NCBI RefSeq assembly: GCF_006345805.1
Contig: NC_043022.1
Coordinates: 10,974,001 to 11,038,000, forward strand
Direction of reading: 5' to 3'
From: Octopus sinensis
Taxonomy: Eukaryota
DNA: 64,000 nt
In this document: piece after piece, positions 38,182 through 52,458 of the stretch
Numbering within the stretch: position 1 is the first letter of the stretch
How the letters are laid out: each line of letters opens with the position of its first letter
Made by a program: the position numbers and the translations under genes
The notes under the pieces: generated by a model
Databases searched by the model: none
What the model was told of the DNA's origin: nothing
Seen by the model: only the letters and a program-made list of their open reading frames with translations

Positions 38182-38990
38182 TCATCATCATCGTTTAGCG
38201 TCCGCTTTCCATGCTAGCATGGGTTGGACGGGTCAACTGGGGTCTGTGAAGCTGGAAGGCTTCGTCAGGCCCAGTCAGATCTGGCAGTGTTTCTACGGCT
38301 GGATGCCCTTCCTAACGCCAACCACTCCGCGAGTGTAGTGGGTGTTTTTTACGTGCCACCTGCACAGGTGCCAGACAGAGCTGGCGAACGGCCACGAACG
38401 GATGGTGCTTTTACGTGTCACCGGCACGGGGCCAGGCGATGCTGGCAACGGACACGAATGGATGGTGCTTTTATGTGCCACCGACACGGGGCCAGACAGA
38501 GCTGGCAACCGGCCACGAACGGACGGTGCTTTTACGTGTCACCGACACGGGGCCAGACAGAGCTGGCAACCGGCCACGAACGGATGGTGCTTTTACGTGT
38601 CACCGGCACGGGGGCCAGCCGAGGCTGGCAACGGACACGAACGGATGGTGCTTTTACGTGCCACCGACACGGTTGCCAGACAGAGCTGGCAAACGGCCAC
38701 GAGCGGACGGTGCTTTTACGTGTCACCGGCACGGGGGCCAGCCGAGGCTGGCAACAGACACGAATGGATGGTGCTTTTACGTGCCACCGACACGGGGCCA
38801 GACAGAGCTGGCAAACGGCCACGAACGGATGGTGCTTTTACGTGCCACCGACACGGGGCCAGACAGAGCTGGCAAACGGCCACGAACGGACAGTGCTTTT
38901 ACGTGTCACCGGCACGGGGCCAGGCGAGGCTGGCAACGAACACGAACAGATGGTGCTTTTACGTGCCACCGACACGGGGCCAGGATGTAG
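38178..38990 (-). mobile_element. RTE-derived 3' UTR element with expanded internal VNTR
   Basis: (GAT)n tail at 38178-38192; body shared with 61330-61540; 10 internal tandem units. Confidence 0.8.
38360..38985. repeat. Tandem array, ~60-61 bp x 10
   Basis: Unit gccagacagagctggcaaacggccacgaacggatggtgcttttacgtg(t/c)caccg(g/a)cacggg, with A and B variants. Confidence 0.92.
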
Positions 38991-39169
38991 TAAAAAAATC
39001 CAGTTATTCCAGAAAAACCTACATATAAACATACATACATGCATGCAATCTTCCTACTAAGACAACTTCAAGAGAAATACTTAGCTAAGAGTAAACCACT
39101 GTGCCTGCCATTTGTTGACTAGAAGAAAGTTTTTAACAAAGTGCCATGCTCTTGTAATCTGGTGGTCAC

Positions 39170-39730
39170 TAAGGAAACTGGGTGTTGGTGGATGGCTTGT
39201 GAGGCTGTACATGCTATGTACAAAGTTGCAGTAATTAAAGTGAATGGAAACAATGAATTCAGAGACAAATTTAGTGTGATGGTAGAGGTCCATCAAGGCT
39301 TAATAGTACTCAGCCCTCTCCTAATCATAACAGTCCTATAGGCCATCACAAAGGAGTTTAAGGCTGTCTATGAAAACATGTATATACTGACAGTGGAATC
39401 AGAAAAGAAATTCCAAGAATACAAGCAAAACCTAGACTTGAGAAATCTCAAAGTAAACTCAGCTAAGATTAAAGCATTAGTAAATAAGAAATGGATTCTA
39501 GTGTTGCTAGAGAAATAGCCTTGCTCAATGTGCAGATAAAGGAGTAGGAATAAACTCCATATACTGTACTCAGTGTAAGACATATTAGCAGAGAGATTAA
39601 CAGAGAAGGCAAGCTGTGTGTATGGCAGGTGCACTTGAGCAATATGTACAAGAGCACACTGGAAATAGACTTTTTTAAGTGTCCAAATGGTTCACAAGAA
39701 ATAGTTGATAGCTTTTGTTACTTATCATCA
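39170..39730 (+). mobile_element. Degenerate RTE LINE RT fragment
   Basis: EVHQGLIVLSPLLIITVL and CSMC...NSIYCTQC motifs homologous to 59900-60400. Confidence 0.65.
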
Positions 39731-41829
39731 TATGGCAGATGAGTGTACAAGACAAAGACAAAAGGGTAAAGAACAAAACACTGGTGAATGGTAAAAGAAA
39801 CTAGCTGTTGCTTGCTAAAGTGGTTAAAATTACATCCAGTTTGGTGCAGAGGTTGAATGGTTAGTAGAGGGGGGGGAACAAAAACAAAAAAAAAACATGC
39901 TTGAATGGAGACCTTGTCTTTTTATAAGATTTTCAAGTGTCTCATCATGAATGCATGTGGTATTTTTGTCTAGCATATATCTTCAATGATTTTAACCCAC
40001 ATAATAGGGTGGATAATACTTAGACTAAACACATACTTGTTGTTCCAAAGTTGCTCTCTCAATTTTCTGAATGTTGAGGAGGCTTGCCTATTCTGCAATC
40101 TAGTTCATCACTGCAACTACCATGATTACACACACATGAAGAGGGATCAAGTTTCTTGGAATGCTGCTATGCAAATAAACATTTGCAGTACTAGCTTCAG
40201 AAAACCTGGCATCCACTACATGACCTGCCAGTCAGATGAACATGCAGATCAGGTAGTCTTCATACTCATAAGGAATCCTGATAGACAGACAGCTAGTTGT
40301 GAATACTAAATCTTTCCCAGGTGAAGAATATGTCACTTGCTAGACTTGTAATTAGTAACATCAGAGTAAGAGGTATAAGGACTTAGTCACCATACAGTCT
40401 GGAGAACAAAGGTATGGAGTATGACAGAACTCTTAGATATACATTCAAAGAAAAACTAGTTGATACCTATGAGAAGGAGGAGGAGAAAAAAACCAACTCA
40501 GAGCTTCTATGAGACAACCTGCTGCATGACACAGACCTGGTGTTCAGATGGAATAATGTTCCAGCCAGATGGAAGATGATACGTTGGTGAAATGGTACAG
40601 TAGATTCAGCCATGATGATGATGATGATACTATGTATGCAAGGTCAACACATCTCTGCACACTATGGCTCTTCACACTAAAGGCTCACTGCATCATATTA
40701 AAACTCAGACATGACACCAATGAGTTTAAGTTAACATTTTCCCTTCTGTTTCTTCACCCACTCTTCTTACAGTAATTCCTCCTTTATTCTTTAGCACTCT
40801 AATTTTTTCTTCATTTCAAGGCTGTCCGGCTTGTTAGCCACATTTTCTTTCCTTTTCTTTTTCCCTCTCACCAAGTTTTCCTCTCCTACATCTTCTGTTT
40901 GTATACATACATTCACAAACACTTACACACACACACACACACATACATGAATTGAAGAACTTTATTTCATTTAATTATAAGAATTAAAACTTGATCTCAT
41001 CTGTTATAAATTGTTTGGTCTTAGGAGTATCACATTAATAACATGAATACTTGTACAATATATATTTATATTTCTCTAGCAACACCCATACATACAGGAC
41101 ATATTAGTTTGGGTCTGATCAAATGTTGGTTTCTTGACAAAGTCTAGAACTTCACATGCTTTCAATGTATGCAACAAAAATGAACAGCAACACATTTCTC
41201 AAAATCTTCAGAAACATACATACTCACTTGACATATTTCTACTTCCTTACACTTAAGAAACATGTCCAATTATAATTTCCAAAAATATCACACATTTACA
41301 AAAATGTGCAACTACACACAGTCAAATTGAAACACTTCTGAAAATGTTTTTTAACATTTTCAGTTCAACTATTTGATAACTTTTCATGATTCTTTCATAA
41401 TAAGGTATATGATTATAATATCACCAACAAGTTCAGCATATAGGATGATAATTGAGAAAACCAATATCACACTTCCTCTAGTATTTGCAATTCTAAATGA
41501 ATACCTGTCATTTTCAAATGAAACTGTCGATTCAAAGTGAGATTCATGATTTCAAAATGAGACTCTGCTATTTCAAAGTGAGAACAGCAATTCCAAATAC
41601 AAATGATTTATTTAATAGAAAATATAACATCAAAACACCACAAGCTAATATACATGCCAACAATGTGAACTTGACTGGTTAATTATAGGATTTCATCAAC
41701 CAAACAATGAGCTCATCATATGATTGTAATACTTCCTTCAGGGATAAAAATGTCAATGGCACACCCAATGCTTATTTTCTGAGAATCTCAGTGCATGATT
41801 TTTGTAACACTAAGGATTGTTTGCTATTA

Positions 41830-42520
41830 TAGGGTGTTTAGGATCAATTTGATAGTTTGCATAAAAGGAAAAGAAAACATAATATTCCATTCACAAATAA
41901 AAGTATTTTAAAAAATCAAAAAAAAAAAATCAACTAGATTATGGCTGGGAGATAACAGTAGCCACTCTCAGCTTCCACCAAAGCCTCAAGAAGGCTTTGC
42001 AACTTGGTGTATACATTCTTCATTGTGTTCTTGAGAAAATCTTCAAACACCTCTTTGATCTTGGCCACCAGCTTGGCCTTGGTGTTGCAGACAGAGCAAT
42101 TAGTGTCTTTCTCAACTGTGTCCCACATGTAGTAGTCCACGGGATTATAATTGGGGGAATAAAGTGGCTAGAAACTGGGGCTGGCAAAGTCATAAAAATT
42201 CTGACAACTGACTCTTTCTGGACAAGGAACTGAATCCTGCTGTCACACATATGGCCTTCCATTGTTGGATGAATTCTGTTGTGTAGACACAGTCAGAACA
42301 CCTGCTGTGTCCCTTCCTGTTGGCCATACCTTCCTAGTCTCCATTGTAGCCATCCATGTCACATCTTATAGCCTTTACAGAGTTCAGAGAGTATTGAGAA
42401 GCAATCATAGTGTCAGCATTTTGACACCCAGTGCGAGTCATCATGATACAGGTAATTCTTTACCCATATTTAGATGATTTCTAGTCCTCTGTGTCAGCTA
42501 AATTTTTCTCAACTGCAATT
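41830..42520 (-). mobile_element. maT-like transposase 3' relic
   Basis: DYYMWDTVEKDTNCSVCNTKAKLVAKIKEVF; same family as 36648-37540. Confidence 0.7.
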
Positions 42521-44374
42521 TTAATCTTTATGCTCTCCAATGTCATTGATTGTTCACCAATACATCAAGCTATTCCCGAAAAAATTGGCAATGCCAGAGG
42601 ACTGCACCAAGCTCCACTATTTTGGAATGGTTTTTAGGACTGGATGATCTTCCTATTGCCTACCACTTTATAGAATGGACTGGATGCTTTTTATGTGGCA
42701 CCAGCACTGGTGAGGTCTGTTCTGGCATGGTTTTTACAGGTGGATGCCCTTCCTAATACCAGCCACTTTACAGAGTTGGTTGGGTGCCTTTTATGTGGCC
42801 CACAGTTAATGAATAAGCTGAAAAATGTCTTAATATCATTTCTGTTGTGTCATGTACAGAGAAGCAGACTTTCATGTGATTCTGCATGGTAGCAAAACAT
42901 GGGCCTTGAATACAGAGGATTTATAAAGATTAGGAAAAAATGAAAAGTGCTTGATTAAGCACAAATAAGCTTAGAGAAAAAAACTGGATAAAATAGTAAA
43001 ACAGGAATCACATGTAATATGCCAGAATGACAACTGTACAGGTATGGTAATGTGATGTATATGGAGTGTGTCAGCTGCATAAAGAAGTGCCAAGGGCTCC
43101 AAGTGGATGGAATCTATGCAAGAGGGAGACCTAGGAAGACTTGGGACAAAATAGTGAAGACTACATGGTAAATATCTCCATGGAAATGACAAAAGATCAT
43201 GAAAAGTGGCAATCTACAGTGCTGGAGAAAACTTGCTCACCTATTCAAAGATAGCTAATGAATGAATGTTAAAATAATGGTAGTGTCAAGTCTAAGATTT
43301 GGATCAATTCATATTCAATCACATCTGCCATCATTCTCTCTTATCACATCATCTGTGGAATGAAAGAAGATCTTGGATATGTTTGAATGCAGTTCCTACT
43401 ACCATTGCCTTTCTTTATTGCTCTCTTCTGTTACTCTCTCCTTTATTACTCTCTGACACCAATCACTCTTCCTCTCTCCCTTTCTCTCCTACCATCATTC
43501 TCTCTCTCTCTCTCTCACATTGATCTCTTCATCACTTATTTCTTATATACGTGACTCTTTGCCTCACTCTCTCATTACCATTTCCCCTATCACCCCCTCA
43601 GTTTCTTTCCTTTGTCATTCTTTCTTCTGTTATCCTCTTAATCCTGGTTCCTTGAAAAACCTGAGACAACTTAGAAAAAGAGAAGACTCTACAGTCTTGT
43701 CAGAGATAAAATAACCTCTCCAGTGCTGGCGCTGTCATAAAATGCACCTGGGGACCCTCTGCAAAGTGGTTGGCAAATAAGCAGAGACAACGTAGGGTAG
43801 AGAGGACTTCTTAGTCTTGCCAAAGGAACTTTTCCAGTGCTGGTGCACCACTGCACTTTTTAAGATGGTTTGCATTTAAAAGGAGAAGCCAGGGCAAAAT
43901 TGGATTATATGAATTTGACATGGTCTGTAACTCACCTGGGGGTAGGGAGGAGTAGTAACTCTGAATAAGAACTGACCTGTACTGTAACAACTCACCCAAC
44001 CTATGCCAGCCTGAAAACCAATGTGAATATTCACAAAAGTATTTTGGAAATCTCAAATGTAAATTTCACTATTCTTTATGTTAAATAAAAAGAAACTATT
44101 TTCATCAGTATGCAAAGCTGTGTGGGTAAGACATTCACAAAGTAATCACATCATTTTAGATTCAACCAAACAGCATTGTAACCTGAACAGATATCTAATT
44201 CTTTTATATGAAGAAGGTAGCAGTTTGACAAATAGAGATCAATAAAATTAATACCAGTCTTAAATAAGTACTGGGGTCAATATAATCAACTTAATCCTTG
44301 AAGGTGTTGCCCAAAAAAAGGATACAATCTATTAATTGAAATAAAAAAAAAGTAAAGGAAAAAAAAATACTCAC

Positions 44375-44545
44375 TGTAGTTTTTTCTCTTTGGCTTTCTT
44401 TGCTCTTTGTGCCTTTTGCTCTTCAATGTAAAGATTAATCTGTGTTTTCTCAGCCTGGTTTGGCAGTATATCTATATCTTCAAGTAAAAACTGCTTGTCA
44501 TGTACAAACTCGTTCCTCCTCAATTCTGCTGAAACCACAGACTTT
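44375..44545 (-). CDS. CFAP74: CFAP74 coding exon 5
   Basis: ttttacag|...|gtgagt; 171 nt, phase 2-2; KSVVSAELRRNEFVHDKQFLLEDIDILPNQAEKTQINLYIEEQKAQRARKPKRKKL. Confidence 0.85.
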
Positions 44546-45059
44546 CTGTAAAATTTAAGTTACGTTAAACCATTGTGATATAAACTTTTGTTAACAGCAA
44601 GTGAAAAGAAATAATTTTGCAAAATTTCTTGATATTCTTTTGTTTCACACCAATTAACACATAATGCTGAAGTAGGAGACCTCAGCTGGCCAATTCAATG
44701 CTCAGGCTTCTATGACATACATGGCGGCTATGCTATGGTAGAGGAAATGAAGTGGGATCAAGGTTCTTAGTGTATTTTGACACAAATGACTACCATTTTC
44801 AACACCAACTTCAAGTAACCAGCAAGCCAGTTGATCAGTGACAGAAGGCTATTTGGAGAAGAACATAGAATTAACCATACACCTATGACAAGGCAGAGAA
44901 GATAGAAAAATGATAACATGGAAGAAAACCTACTGAAAGCAACAGATCAAACCTGAGGTTGGTGCAAGATCCCTGCCAAATTGAGCTTAATAAGGTGATG
45001 GAATAGCATATAGAGCTATAAAGGCTAAGAGATAAACTTGGAAAGATTGAAGAAGCAGG

Positions 45060-46150
45060 GCAGCAAAAAGCAATGTCAAGTAGCAAAAAGGGAGGCTAAA
45101 CATGAAATGCACTTAGGAAAGATGTTGACAGTAAGAAATTTGCTAATTTTGCAAGACATGAGGATAGAGATGTGAAGTATTCTGGATTGCAAGATAGTAT
45201 GTAAGAGAAAAGTCATTGCATAGCAGTGTGTGTAGAATAACAACAACACTCTTGATCTTATGGATGCTGAAAAGAAAGAGGTATAGACGTGTTATTGTGA
45301 GAGGCTGTTGTGTGAGGAGAAGTCATGAGAGAAAGAGGGTCTACTGCAGGTAGACCTAAAAGAGGATCAGCCATATCCATTGACAGCAGTATGGTGGATA
45401 GAATGGTTAAGAAGATGAAAGCAGAGAAGGCACCTAGTCCAACAGGAATCACAACTGAAATGCTTAAAATTTCTGGTTAGCCACTCAGTTAATCAAGTGG
45501 GATGCCATACTCAATGACTGGTGTAGCAATATCATTTGTTGTTAACAGCTTCAAGGGTAAAAGGGAAGTGCTAGAGAAAGAAAACAACAGAGAAAACTGT
45601 TAGATCACATTATGAAAGTTACTGAAAGAATTATAGATGTGATGCAGTTTGGTTTTTGTGCCAGAAAGATGTATTATTGATGTCATCTTTCTAGCAAGAC
45701 CACTGAAGGAGTATCTAGCCAGAAGCAAGCCCCTGTAACTGGTCTTTGTTGATTTAGAGAAGGCCTTTGACAGGGTTCCATGCTCTATGGTCTGGTGGTC
45801 ACTGAGGAAGCTAGATGACTGGCTTGTGAGAGCTGTTTAAGCCATGTATAGAGGTGCAGTTAGCAATTTAGTAAAGAGTATAGTGATGAATTCAGCTTGA
45901 TAGGAGTACATCAAGGCTCAGTCTTCATACCCCTTCTGTTCACTATAGTCCTCCAAGTCATAAAAGAGAAGTTTAAGACTAGCTGTCATTAGGAACTCCT
46001 CTATGCAGAGGACTTAGTTCTTATAGCTGAATTGGTAGTAGAATCTGAAAACAAATTCTAGGTAGGGAAAAGTAAACTTAGCTAAGACTAAAGTATTAAT
46101 AAATAAGGAAAAAAGATAGATCCTGATGCCATCAGAGAAATGTTCATACA
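45060..46150 (+). mobile_element. Degenerate RTE LINE RT region
   Basis: KAPSPTGITTEMLKIS and FVDLEKAFDRVP motifs. Confidence 0.75.
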
Positions 46151-49030
46151 TGGTGTGCCTCACTACTATACAGCACTGTAGTTCTAACACAAATATCAAT
46201 ATTTATATCTACACTTCATTTTGTTTGATTAGTTTGACCACTGATCATCACGAAGTGTCTTATTCTTGAATTTGTACTAGAGAACCAAAACAAGACTATT
46301 ACTCAGAGCTTTAATCCAATATGCCACTGACACATATAAATATCAGTGAGCATGTTGGATGAGAATGTTACTACTCTAGGTTTAGAAATAAAAGCTCTGA
46401 GTGAGAATTATGCTTGGTACTTGTGTGCAAATCCAGGATTAATACAATTGAAGATCAGAGATCAAACCATTTCAAGCATAGGGTAGATGTAAACACTAAA
46501 ACACTTTCCGTGCTTAAATATGAGGTTAGTAATCTGGAAAATTATAATTGTATTAACAATAACTCAAATGATATATACAGACGTTTAATCAATCTATTGC
46601 TTTATAATAGTGTGGCAACTACACACCAGCTTCTTCAGTTGTAGTACTAGATGAAATTTACTTCACATACAGTAACTATAGTTCTACATTAGTTCTGTCT
46701 TCAAACTTTAAAGTGGTCTATGAATTCTCGTGTGATATACTTAAATTATCTGAATAATTTCAAGTTTTGTGTATTTAGGAATCTAGTGTACACATAATAT
46801 TGTTTTGCTGAGGGAAAATGTGCACACTAAAGCATTTTTGTGCACACAGACCATGACAAATTACAGAGAACACTATTTATAACTTATGTGTGTAATACTA
46901 AACTGTGTGGATGTGTGACATCATATGTGCTTGACATATGTTGAAATACAACTGAAGCTTTGATACAGAGTTTGTTGACCAGTGTGAAACTGAAGAAAAC
47001 ATACATAAAATAAATAACCAAAACATCTCAGTGAGTCCTCCCAATAAAGCAAAAATTCACAAAATGACTAAAAAAAAACAATGCCCCCACCCTAAGAAAT
47101 TGTTTGAAAACATTGTGAAATCACAACTTTGCTTACTTTATTGCTTGTACCATATCTTTTTTTTTTTTATATATATTGCAAACAGTCACACATGTTATCA
47201 TTATGATAATAAAAGGGTGGTAAAAATGATACAGAAACAGGCTCCCAGTGAATCATACTAGTGATTAGATTTCAATCCCTGACTGAAATAAATTCACTTC
47301 ATGCTGTTATAGGTGAACTGAGAAGAGTGGCATATGTCTGGAACAAGAAATAAGGTTTCCAATAAATTAAGTTTATCAACTGTTTTCAGTTTCTTCTACC
47401 TTTTTAAATATAATTTTATCAGTTTTAATAACAGCATCATTAGTTACAAGTTTCCAATGGGCCAGTCATTGGTTTACAGTGCAACCGATGAAAAAAAAAG
47501 GGAGTGTTTCAATGCAGAACAAATACTTCAAAGTACTTCTAAAGCACTGGTTATTTTCAGTTTCTCAGCAATTTTGCTTTTACATTTCACTGACATACAC
47601 AAACACACACTTTTTTATACATATCATAGGCTTCCACACAGTTTTCATCAACCAAATTCCACTCACAAGACATTAGTCAGTCTGAGTATGATAGATGCTC
47701 AAGGTGCTGCATTGTGACATCAAATGTAGAACCATGTAATTGTGAAGTGAACTTGCTGACCACACAACCATGCCTGCACCTTACTGAAGTAAATCCACTT
47801 CACTTAAATAAGTTAATTTACTTACCTAGAATCATCAAGCATTTCTCTGATTTTGATTTTGAGATTATTCTCCAGATCTATTTCTTCACAGATACGCTTA
47901 TACTTCTTCTGAAGTCTGTTTATCAATGGACTGACAAGAAAATAAAACATCACAAAAAATTTTACTAGCAAATGGGAAATATATTGGTCTTCTATCAGGG
48001 GCTTGCTTTTGGGAACCATGCTATGAAAATAAATCACCAAGAGCTTTATTAAGAGTCTAGATTATATTAAGAGCTGTTGCATTTAATACAAATGGTATAA
48101 ATTTTGCCCTAGATATGTCACCAGTGTGTTGCAAGTAACATTCTATGATGATTTAGAAAATTTTTTATGGTTTAGTCAGGGCGCTACCCATGACACTTTC
48201 AGGACTTCTAAGATTGATTGGAAGAGGTTGTTTTCAGATCAGGCTCAAATGCTGCAACAGAGTAGACTCCACTAAAGGCATAAAAGGGTCAGGTGGTGGT
48301 ATTAAACAAGGCAATAGACTAAATTGATAACCTTAAAACAGGAACTTCCATGCAGTTTCCATCCACAAAGTTTTATTTACTAGTCTTTGATCAACTACAT
48401 GATAGATGACACAAGATTAAAATGCTGTGCAGTGAAAACAAACTAGAAACAATCATGTAGCTGCAAAGCAAATTTCTTAACCACACAGATGTGCCTACAT
48501 TCCTTGGAACATCTTATCTGACCAGTATACCCTTTTTCCAAACATAATATATTAAAAACAGCCACACAGAAATATTCTTGTTTTAAGAAACTTAATAATA
48601 TTATAATAATATAAACTGCCATACTATGAAGTAAACAGCCTTGTGTTCTGGATATGGTTGAATACTGTGTGGACATCAAGTGAAAGGACATTGTTTGCAC
48701 CAAATTCGTAGAAGGTGAGGATCTACTTTGTTTGTGATACAGAAGAGTAGATGACCAATGGATCTGGATTTACAAAAGCTGTACCAGTGGTAATTAAGGT
48801 AGAAGAGGGATTCAAGGTGATGCAGAAGGTAGTTCTTAATAACTATCACTATCACTTTTGAGCTATTGGAAGTAAGAGCAATATAATGATTGTTGGTAAG
48901 GTAATGGAGGTTTCCATTCTTGGGACTGAAACAGTCTGTTCATTTTTCTTTCTGAGTATCAAACTAAAACACCTGCTTGTTGTGCCCTCACCTGTCTTCA
49001 TCTTCTGTAAATTTGAACTATATATATATA

Positions 49031-49062
<32 letters not shown>

Positions 49063-49149
49063 AAGAGAGAGCAAGAGAAGGAGGGTAATGAGGAGAAAAG
49101 TTAGCTTTAGATGTGCGTTGTTTGTGAGTAATAAGTAAGAGGAGGTATT

Positions 49150-50290
49150 TTTGTAAATAATGCGCATGTGTACATGGTGGTGAACATAGTGAACTGGAGA
49201 GGGATAGTTTTGAAGAACATTTACATAGTGTTTTGTAGTGTAGAATTAATGTAAAGCAGACAGCAAAGCTTTCTCTTTGGAAATACTGCTTAATGAACTG
49301 TGATGCATGGAGGCATCCTTTGAGTTTAATATGATAGTCTTACAAGAGCTGTAGTGCTGGTAAAAACTGCTCACTTTATAGGGGAGCCTCTTTTTTTCTA
49401 TACAGTGTAAGCTGTATTTGTTATATGAACTGAATTAGTGCAGCTGTAAAGGAATGATTTTGGGGGAATTGGACATATGTATGTTGGTGGTATGTGAGAC
49501 GTGGAGGGATATCCCAAAAGATGGTTTTTAGTAACCTGCCTAGGTGTCTGATGGGTAAAAGGTAAAGTACACGTGCTGCTAGGGTTTGTTAGCATCTCTG
49601 GCCAGTCAGCTGAATTGAAGTGTCATAGAGTCCAAAGGTGAGATGGGAGCATTGCATTATATGTTAATGTGTGGTGGGTAGTTGTTGCATTAAGGTAGTG
49701 GTTGGATGTCCTGATAGGTGTAGGGACAGCAATGGTTTGACAAGCTGGGTCTGGAGGTGAGAAAAGTTCAAGGTGTTTTAAGTGTTTGCAGGTCAGTTGG
49801 AAATGCCAGCAAAAGATGAAACTAATTGATGTAAAGAGTTGAGAACCATAAAAAATTGTTTCTGCACCTGTGGCATCAGTATAAGATGAGTGGAAGAGCT
49901 AAGAAGAATTAAGAGTGTTAAAGTTATAGCTGATGACTTTAGAGTGGAGTAAGAGTTGTTGGTAGTTGGAGGAGTTAGAAGAGAAGTAGAAGGAAAGCAA
50001 GGATATTTAGAAATGTGGGAAAGGTAGAACTGGAAGTTCTTGTTGCTCATATCAAGGTGAGTGAAAGAGAGATTAGTATCCATGTTGTACACACACCACT
50101 TTCAGAGTAATGCTTGAGGAAAAAGAGTGGTCTTTACAGAAAGGTTGAGTGTGGCTTGGCAAGAGACATTATGTGTGGTTTACATGTTAGTAGGTGATGA
50201 TATGTGAAGTATAGTTTGGATCAGAGCCTGCAAATATTAGAGACGAGAAAGGAGAATTGAGCAGGGAATTTAGTATCTTTTTTAATGTCT
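49150..50290 (-). mobile_element. Degenerate CR1/Jockey-like LINE endonuclease region
   Basis: TDATGAET..LNSLHQLVSS and HFNSADWPEM motifs across frameshifts. Confidence 0.55.
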
Positions 50291-51263
50291 ACTGTTGAGA
50301 TTCTAATTTACTGGTGAGCCACTGAACTATTGAATTACTGGTGTGACTGATCTATTGCTGAGCCACTGATCTAGAGATGACCACTGATTTCAATAATAAA
50401 AAAGTCTAAACTCTGTCTGCTCATGATCTACTGATGAACAAGCAAACTTGGCTATAATAACATTTGAAGGTAGTTATGACATCCGTTTGGATTTGAGTAA
50501 GATGTCAATAGAAATCAACTTAACTGTGAACACCTGCATCATCCTCACCCTACAGAACCTAAAATCTAGAAACAAGGCAGATGAAATGTTTGGTGAACTC
50601 AAACATAAAATGCTAGAGTGACATTTAGTTTCACTGCGTCCTCTAGATCTATATGAGGTTCTGTTATATTTATCACTATAGCCCAAGAACAACCCTGATT
50701 GAGCAAACCTTTGATATATATTTATATATTTTTGGCAGTATCTAGAACTACATTATATAAAGGACCCTTCTATATTTTAAGGCAGTATTACTTAAGGGAG
50801 ATTTGGTTGCTGTTTCTAGCAATTTGAACAACCACACGAAGAGTCTTTTGTTTGTTCAGCTTCATCTATGTAGATACTGCAAACGTGTTCAATCAATGGA
50901 AATGTTTATGTCTCATCCAGATAATACTATAGAAATCAGTGATAAACATCAGTCCTATGGTTTCTTGAGGTTAAGCTAAAGAGAAATAGATAGGTGACCT
51001 GTCCATCAGTATTATTGGCTAATGGTAGTCTCAATACTCTTCAAATTGAGACATTTATCTTGTCTTCTATCATAATTCCATTTGTATCTTAAATGTATTA
51101 TAGGAATATAAATTGACCACAATATATACCTAGCATTTTATTTTACTGACCCTGGAAGTTGGAAACACAATGTTGATGTCAAGAGGATTTGAATTGAGAA
51201 TGTAAAGGACTATAACTAAAAACTGAGAAGCATTTTGACTGCTGCTCTAATGATTCTGCAGCA

Positions 51264-51871
51264 TAGACTCAGGTGAAATTCCTCTCTCCCATTTATTATA
51301 TATATGTGCTTTTGAACATAGCAAAGAACAGCTAGCCTTTGGTCACTGTTTGGATCCCATTGTGTCCACTCCCCTGATTGGTTGGTATTGGCGCAATTTG
51401 TCTCTTACTCTGCCATGCCAACTTGCCATTTATAACCAGTTCATCAACATCATCATTTAACGTCTGTTTTCCATGCTAGCATGTTGGACAGTTCGACTGG
51501 GATCTGGGAAGCCAGAAGGCTGCACCAGGCTCCAGTTTGATATGGCAGTGTTTCTACAGCTGGATGCCCTTCCTAATGCCAACCACTCCGTGACTGCAGT
51601 GGGTGCTTTTTACATGCCAGGCGAGGCTGGCCAGTTGGAGGCCCTAAATAAATCACATGGGACAACCTGTTCACTACTCTATTTTGAGCCACTGACTGGT
51701 TATACATGGCAATTTGGCACAACAGAGAAAGAGACAAATTGCGCTAATACCAACCAATCAGAGTAGTGGACACAACGGGATCCAAATAGCAGCCAAAGGC
51801 TAGCTGTTCCCTGCTGCATTCGAATGCATGTATGTATGATAAATGGGAGGGAGGAATTTCACCTGAGTCTA
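51264..51871. mobile_element. Foldback MITE (177-bp inverted arms) with an RTE 3' UTR inserted in the centre
   Basis: Arms 51264-51440 and 51695-51871 begin tagactcaggtgaaattcctc; insert 51441-51635. Confidence 0.75.
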
Positions 51872-52398
51872 CGTTGCAATTCTAATTGTTTATTGTTTAT
51901 ACTGCTAGGTTGCTTGCTCATACTTGATGAGCTGGTATCAGTAGTAGAAGCAAATGAAGTAGTTGTATTGACACTGTTTACAACAAAGTTGATCTCAAAC
52001 TGAACACTTCAAGAGTTAAATATTTTTGTGTAGATACATGGCCACAAAATATTGCTGTCAGAAACTCATTGTTAGTTGTCCATTAATATTCAGTTTCCTA
52101 TTGAATCATTCATCCATGCTCTTAATGGTAAAGGTATCTGACTGTAAAGCAGTTAAACTAAATATTACCCTTCTCATGAATGACTAAATACCACCAAATT
52201 CTTAATTAAAAATTAATTGGAACTCACAAATATACAACATATTTCATTAGAAATACAATCATAAAATGGTTCAACAAACACCTTATTGACTAAACAAGCT
52301 GAGTTTTTATAGGATGGGAACAGGAATATTAGAATGAGTGTAAATAAAAGTTACTATTTCCCATAATTTGGGGCATCTAATTGTATTCTGTGTCCTAC

Positions 52399-52458
52399 TT
52401 CTTTCTTTCAAGGTTCAGTTGACCTTTTATTTTCTGTTGTCCAGACTGTAGTTCGCTT
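52399..52458 (-). CDS. CFAP74: CFAP74 coding exon 4 (weak acceptor)
   Basis: aaccag|...|gtagga; 60 nt, phase 2-2; SELQSGQQKIKGQLNLERK resembles the recalled vertebrate segment (RLQAVSRRLFAELENER); no polypyrimidine tract. Confidence 0.55.

Noticed and set aside
38360-38985. CRISPR-like array
   Set aside because: Units are wholly repeated with no unique spacers; no cas genes; eukaryotic context; embedded in an RTE UTR
38224-39060. 278, 228 and 191-aa repetitive ORFs as proteins
   Set aside because: By-products of a stop-free tandem repeat, antisense to the element, with no splice or start support
50425-50460. CTGATGA followed by a small stem as a further hammerhead
   Set aside because: No GAAA, helix III or NUH downstream
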